From Selaginella moellendorffii (Eukaryota; Plantae; Lycopodiophyta): a DNA stretch of 64,000 nucleotides. The first letter of the stretch is position 1, and each line of letters opens with the position of its first letter. A program made the position numbers and the translations under genes. The stretch lies in NCBI RefSeq assembly GCF_000143415.4, contig NW_003314288.1, positions 1,612,056 through 1,676,055 of the forward strand. Direction: 5' to 3'. This document shows positions 57,900 through 64,000 of the stretch, one piece after another. The notes beneath the pieces are model-generated. The model ran no database searches. It saw only the letters and a program-made list of their open reading frames with translations, and was not told where the DNA came from.

Positions 57900-60800
57900 G
57901 TTCTAGTTCTAGTTAGATTAGTCTTGTTATAGACTTAAGCCCATATTCAACTAGAGAAGTTTTTTGGCTGGTTATGTGTCTTAATGTATAGTATGTAGTT
58001 TGTATAGCAATCTTCAACTAAAAAATGTGTAAATCCTATAATGGCTTGCAAATGGGGCTAGGCAAGATAAAGGATGTACTAATGGATACTTATTATATAT
58101 GATTTCAATTTAATATTATATTCTAAATACATTATAATACAATGTAATTATAATTATATTACTTGTGCATTACTTGTGCCATTTTCTTTGATACCTTTCT
58201 CAATTAGAAAAATGGTAATTGCTTAATGAGAGAGTCTTTAATGGCTATTTTATCCTTTAGAGTTCCAAGAATTCATAGTGATAATATATTCAAATCTCAT
58301 CCCATGATCACATACACTATAATTGCCTTTGACAAAAAAATTATATCATTAATTTTTTTCCAAGCTAGCAAAATTCTTATTACACCAATAGTTCCAGGTG
58401 TTGGTACTCTAATGGTTCCAAGTATGATAGACTTTAGGAATATACAATTCGTCTAGAGACTTCTATTACTCAAATATATTAGTATGCTAAGAGATATATA
58501 GTATTTTTTAGCATATCTCCCCACTAGTTTCTTTTTTTTAGACTACTATTGCATCAAGAATATGACAACAAAGGACTCATCATGACTAAGTTAGTAGTCA
58601 TAGTGGTCATAAATGAAATATCAATGGCAAGACTTCAAGACTCTTAAGCATTTATATTTATAAAATTGATCCAAGTTGATTATGTTAAAGCTGACACCTC
58701 TTCCCATGATGGTGTTTCTAATATATGGATCTTTTCTCTTAGTTTGATTCTAATTTAGTTGGATGTTGCATATAATCATAATATTATATAACACTTTCTG
58801 GGATGAGGTTTATAATCCAGCAAAGAGGACTTCACAAAGGTATTAATTATCCAATGATCCTTACAAGAAGTACATGCTAAATTCAAGAAAGATGCTAGTT
58901 ATCTACCTCTATAATCTTTACAAGCACTATATGCCTAATGACATAACTAGAGGATGAGAATAAAGAGTTAACTTAATAGTACCTAGATATTGTAATATAG
59001 TATTAGGTATTGAACTCCCTACCTCTTGAGTAATAGAAGTGAATTTAAATAGAAATGCTACAATAATTAGGATGAAATTTAATCATATTTTAAACTTGAT
59101 ACTATAACATATATGGTTTCTAGCTTATACCCTATGGTAAATTATTATAAGATAACTATAGAGTGAAACCTAACTCTTGAATATATGTGCCAAGGGCAGC
59201 CTTATGTAATGAAGGGATAAAAATAAATTCTTAAGTATATAATTAAGGAGTGAAAGAACTATAGCACAAAACACCCAAGCATATAGCTAAGGAGCGAAGG
59301 AGCAAAAGTATAGAGACCTTCCTTCACAACTTTTAATAAATGGATTAATGAGTATTTTAACTTAAAGAACTAAAAGTTCAAAAAAGCCTATATCCAAGTT
59401 TTATATAATATTCATAAGTTTTACATCAAGTAATTTTAAATTTTAAAGAAGAAATCATGGTGTAACCCACAACATCTTTCTTAGCATATCCATAAGTCAA
59501 AACTTTATAATGTAAAGGATAATGAAAAGTATATCTACATTAATCCAAAAATTAAGCACGACTAAATTGTATTCAGTAAATGATCACCAAACAAATCCTC
59601 TATAAATCCATGTATAGATCAAAATATAACTTATTTCATAACAAGGGCAATAAGTATCATCAACTCAAACAAAAATAGACCTAATAACTTCAATATTGAT
59701 CATTAACTTTTCCTTTTACAAAGTTAGTATAGTTTATAATTAAATCACTTTTCAAGAAAAAGTCAAAACTCAACACTTACTAAGTAATCTCACGAATTCT
59801 AATGACAAAAAAGGTATATCCAAACTATCAATTATGCTTATGGAGAAACATCTCAACTCACTCCAATCTCAATGTGAACAATATCAATGTTCACTTTAAT
59901 GCTATGAACACAAAAAAAGGTTAGAAACAAAAAAGATCAAACCACCACTCAAAACTTTTTTAAAATCAAACTAACTATAGTAAAAAATATTTTATTTAGT
60001 ATCCAAGACTAATCTTTCAACAATACTCAACTATAAATAACACATTATCAAGGAATAAATCACTACATCTAAGACTCAATACAAACTAACACTATAGAGT
60101 AAACGAAACCAAACAATATTAATAGAGGTGGAATTGACATGGAAAAATTGTGCAAGCCCAATAATATGATCATCTACAAACTATTAAAATTTAATTATAC
60201 AATAATAAACTCACTAAAATATCTAGCCAATAACTCCAAGTATCATAATAGAACTTATGGGCTATATAAGTACACAAACTCTTAATAAATAAAGTTACAA
60301 TACAAGTACTAACACCACAACCATAAACAATTAAGTTAAATATCACCATCCTTAGCCAAAATGCAAGGCCACTAAACCATGTTACATTAATGAGATCTCA
60401 TTGCTCTCATAAAGTTTAATTAGATATAAGGTGCAATTTGCCATTAAACATAATATTAAAAAAGAAAAACACAAGGGTCACTTCCTAGAAAAGTGTAACA
60501 ACCACTTTTTACTTTAAATTTAAACTTCATCCAACTTAATTGCCTTAGCCTCAAAAGTTAGTATTTTATTTGGTTCATATTACATAAAATACTTGCTAAA
60601 GTGTAGGCTAACTAAACTTTGACCTCAACTTTAACCTCTTCACTAACTTGTAATGGTTTATAAAAATGGAATGGTTTTTAAGTAAAATGATTAATATAAG
60701 ATTAGCCATTGGAAAAGTTTAATGAAAATCTATAAAAATTCTCCATCTTAGAGAAAGATTAAATTTCTGTCTAGGAATATAAATTTTCATAACTCAACCA

Positions 60801-61910
60801 ACCCAATAGTATGTTCATAACATGCCTATATATCTAATATCCAAGATCTATATTCACAAATCAAAATGAATATCCAAGATTTGATTATAAAGATTATATC
60901 TTCAAATATCCATATTAGACTAACACTTTTATTCAATCACTTTCAAGATTTAGCATGAAGCTAGAACACTAATAAGGAAAATGACATAAAAATACGAGTT
61001 TTCAAATAAACACTTTATCATTTAATATAATAATGTCATTTCCACCAACATAAGTGCTAGTAATATTAATGCCTTAACTACATATCTTTTTTACCCGTCA
61101 ATCTAAGTGCTAAGAAATTCACCAACAAGTTATAACATATGAATGTTATAACCTTTTTTAACACTTAATAGGCAAACTCACAAAGAACTAAGGTACCAAT
61201 ACTAACTTAGCATAATAGATCATAATTTTACTACTTGCAAGTAAATTAGCATCACCATCAATCACATTGGCGTTGATCATCATTTGACCAAACAACTTTA
61301 TAAACACATTGCTCACAATCAAAAGAATATGATATAAAAATTACAATGACTTAGTCATTATTTGAACAATACCACATAAGCAATATCTTGAACTATGTTG
61401 CTACTACAAAGATTTAAACTAGTATCTAGTGCCAACTCCAACAATAAAATGCAATATAAATACCACACACTAATACAGATTTATGACACAGCACCACCAA
61501 CTTTATTCATAATACAAATAAGTTTAGACCACTCTCTTTTTAACTAAACTCAAAACTAATCCAATATAGCTTCTTATGGAGCAATAACAAAGTTTCCTAG
61601 GAAAGACTTGAATATTGTACCCATTTGCCACTTGTAAAGCCAAACTACTCAATTGCATTATGTGAATATAAGCAATGAAATTATGAGACCACAAAAGAAA
61701 GTTATCAATAACGAAGGATTAAATATGTAAATCATCATTTTTTCTTTGAGAGATGATTTGCAACAATTAACTTCATAAAACCTTAACCTTGCATTCACAC
61801 TACCTAGTTTAAGCTAAGAAAAGTTTATAAGAGAGTGCAACAATAACTACCTAAACTAATAGACTAATCCCTACAATCTAGATTAATATAATCATAATCA
61901 TACCTAGGAA
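57900..61910. mobile_element. AT-rich decayed repeat block
   Basis: Very low GC, near-absence of CpG, no ORFs. Confidence 0.4.
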
Positions 61911-62488
61911 TGTCGCGAATGTGATTTCGGGTATCGAAAGTTACCTGTTGGCTAGTACTTTTGGATATTCTTTTTTTACTGCCATGATGGCAGGAGGTCG
62001 GTATTGCTAGACCCATTATCAGTTCCCACTTGAGCTAGTTGAGAAACTGGTCATTGACCGTGCACTTAAATCAGATAAACATAAGGTAGGAACTTCTATG
62101 TGTTTCTTGCTAAGCATACTCGGCCCGATTTGAGAAACTTCTGTCATTGATTTGCACTTGTTAGTATCAAGAACCCCCGTGATATTGAGCTTGGTCCCTC
62201 AATATTCGCTATATGATAGCTTACCGTGTCTGCCAAACACCCTCGCTATCATGCCCTTTGTGTTAGTTTCATTTCGATCCCAAATGCTATTTATGGAAAG
62301 TGTTCAGATTTGCTTATTTGGCATATCTACGGAATGTAGAGGGTGGCTTGAACACAATGGTGTTCGTCCCGTGTCCAAATTTACATTCTAGCGCCATTCC
62401 ATATTTAGTAAGTTTCGAGCTTGTCCTAGAGACTAACTCCTGATACTAAGGGAGGCTTGGGGTGAAAGCCCAAAGCGTGTGTTCCTCA

Positions 62489-62521
<33 letters not shown>

Positions 62522-63002
62522 TTAAATTTTTAAAAGGGAAAGGGGGAGGGGGGGGAATGGCCAACAACCCTGGGGAAAATCCAACTCCCCCCTTGGGGGC
62601 TGTCCTNNNNNNNNNNNNNNNNNNNNNNNNNNNNNNNNNNNNNNNNNNNNNNNNNNNNNNNNNNNNNNNNNNNNNNNNNNNNNNNNNNNNNNNNNNNNNN
62701 NNNNNNCCTGGCATTGGAATACTGTTGCTTCTAAGACTGTTCCAAGTCGCTCTAGGCTCCTGTCCCTTCGCTCTTTGGGTTGTATGCTCAAGAGTTGCTC
62801 CGTGGTTCAGTTCCGTCACTCCTTGGTTCCATGCTTGGGAGTTTGGCACCGTTCCTTCGTTCAGTGGCCCAAGGCCCTGAAACTCGGGTTCCACACCACT
62901 GTCCTTTGGACACGTGGCACATGGAGGGTTTAGGTTTCGCTTCGTGGTGTTATCCTATGGTAAATCACCATAGGATAAAGGGTAAAAACCACGTGCGCTA
63001 CA
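61911..63002 (+). mobile_element. 5' LTR of an LTR retrotransposon (contains an assembly gap)
   Basis: Begins TGTCGCGAATGTG and ends CACGTGCGCTACA (imperfect inverted termini, 10/13). Composition shifts at 61911, and a PBS follows immediately. Confidence 0.7.
62607..62706. other. Assembly gap (100 N)
   Basis: Run of N flanked by poly-G and homopolymer-rich sequence. Confidence 1.
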
Positions 63003-63004
63003 TT

Positions 63005-63015
63005 TGGTATCAGAG
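63005..63015 (+). mobile_element. Primer binding site complementary to tRNA-iMet
   Basis: TGGTATCAGAG two nt after the LTR-terminal CA. Confidence 0.85.
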
Positions 63016-64000
63016 GTAGAGTCTCGGCGAGTACTATCCAATGAGATTGGGCAACTAGTCTCATTGCATACGCAGAGATGAAAACGATGATCCGAGTGGG
63101 TACACATTAGAGTGTTAAGGCTTCACATTCATTCTTTGGGTATGGATTTCAGTTACCTTTTGTACCATAATAGTGTGAGCTTGCTTTTGGGCTCATAAGA
63201 GGGTTTGAGTGTTCCGTTTGCACGAGTTTGCGCTTGGGCTCGTGAGTGAGGCACATTAGCAACTCAAGGTTACACTTTGAGTTAGCAGGATTAATATTAG
63301 CCTATCAGTGATTCCATGAGTTGATTCACTAGTTTCATGAGTTGTTCCATGTACCATGGGTGAAAGTAAACCTTCCTTGGGTTTGTTATGAGTGGCAAAT
63401 AGGTTGGTCCGTAGCTATTTAGCACGGCATTAGTGGATCCTTCCTAGGCATGACTATGACTGGATCAATTAAGACTGTAGGGATTAATTTATTGGTTCAA
63501 GTAGTTATTGCCGTGCTCTCTCATAAACTTTTCTCGGATTGGATTGAAGGCAGTGCAAATGCAAGCTTGAGGTTTAGTCAAAGATGAGGCCGAAAAGAGA
63601 GTCATCGAGGATGAAGGATCAAACACGTAAATCTTCTTTTCTTGAAGAGATGATTTGCAATGAGGTGTTGACTCATTGCTCATGTTCACAATATACAATT
63701 AAGAGTCCCTATCTTGATGCATGTTGGTTATGGTGGTCTTATAAATAGTGAGTTATGGGATGGATAGTGGTGAAATACTAAACCATTTTGTCTAGGCTTG
63801 CTATTGGAAGACTTGGGTTGCAATGCTCAATTCTTTTTCGGGAACCTTGCTATTGCTCCTTGAGTAGTTTGGTGTTGGATTAGTTTGAGTTTGATCGGAA
63901 AGAGAGTGGCATGAGCTTGTCCGTGTTGTGAACAAAAGTTAGTGGTGTTAAGTGTTATAAGTCTTTATCGGTAGAGTGTGGCATTTATGTTGCATTTTAT

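Noticed and set aside
62490-62606. Poly-G run and G/C homopolymers as a G-quadruplex or Gly/Pro-rich ORF
   Set aside because: Abuts the N gap and looks like read slippage after a homopolymer

Overview
Compact land-plant nuclear DNA. Short (~50-100 nt) introns, GC-rich exons and many PLS-type PPR genes suggest a lycophyte such as Selaginella (inference). GC-rich gene islands alternate with AT-rich, decayed repeat blocks. Recognisable genes, left to right: the 5' part of an ATX3/4/5-type H3K4 methyltransferase, two low-complexity single-exon neighbours that carry the same ATX N-terminal peptide motif, a Rossmann-fold protein with two consecutive U12-type introns, a divergent phosphoglycerate kinase, pelota, PPOX1, ABA4, a conserved tail-anchored protein, Y3IP1, GONST3, VIR3-like protease, an unusually AT-rich bulb-lectin ORF next to tRNA-Glu(CTC), a PLS-E PPR gene with scrambled inverted fragments of itself, a PPR pseudogene, RPL13a, a METTL13-like methyltransferase, a group I WRKY surrounded by W-boxes, ClpS1, a WOX13-clade homeobox gene, another PPR gene, and an LTR retrotransposon 5' end (LTR + PBS). 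The best candidate for an undescribed system is the ATX gene plus two catalytically empty neighbours sharing its N-terminal motif. Family assignments rest on recalled motifs, not database searches, and exon boundaries were read by eye.
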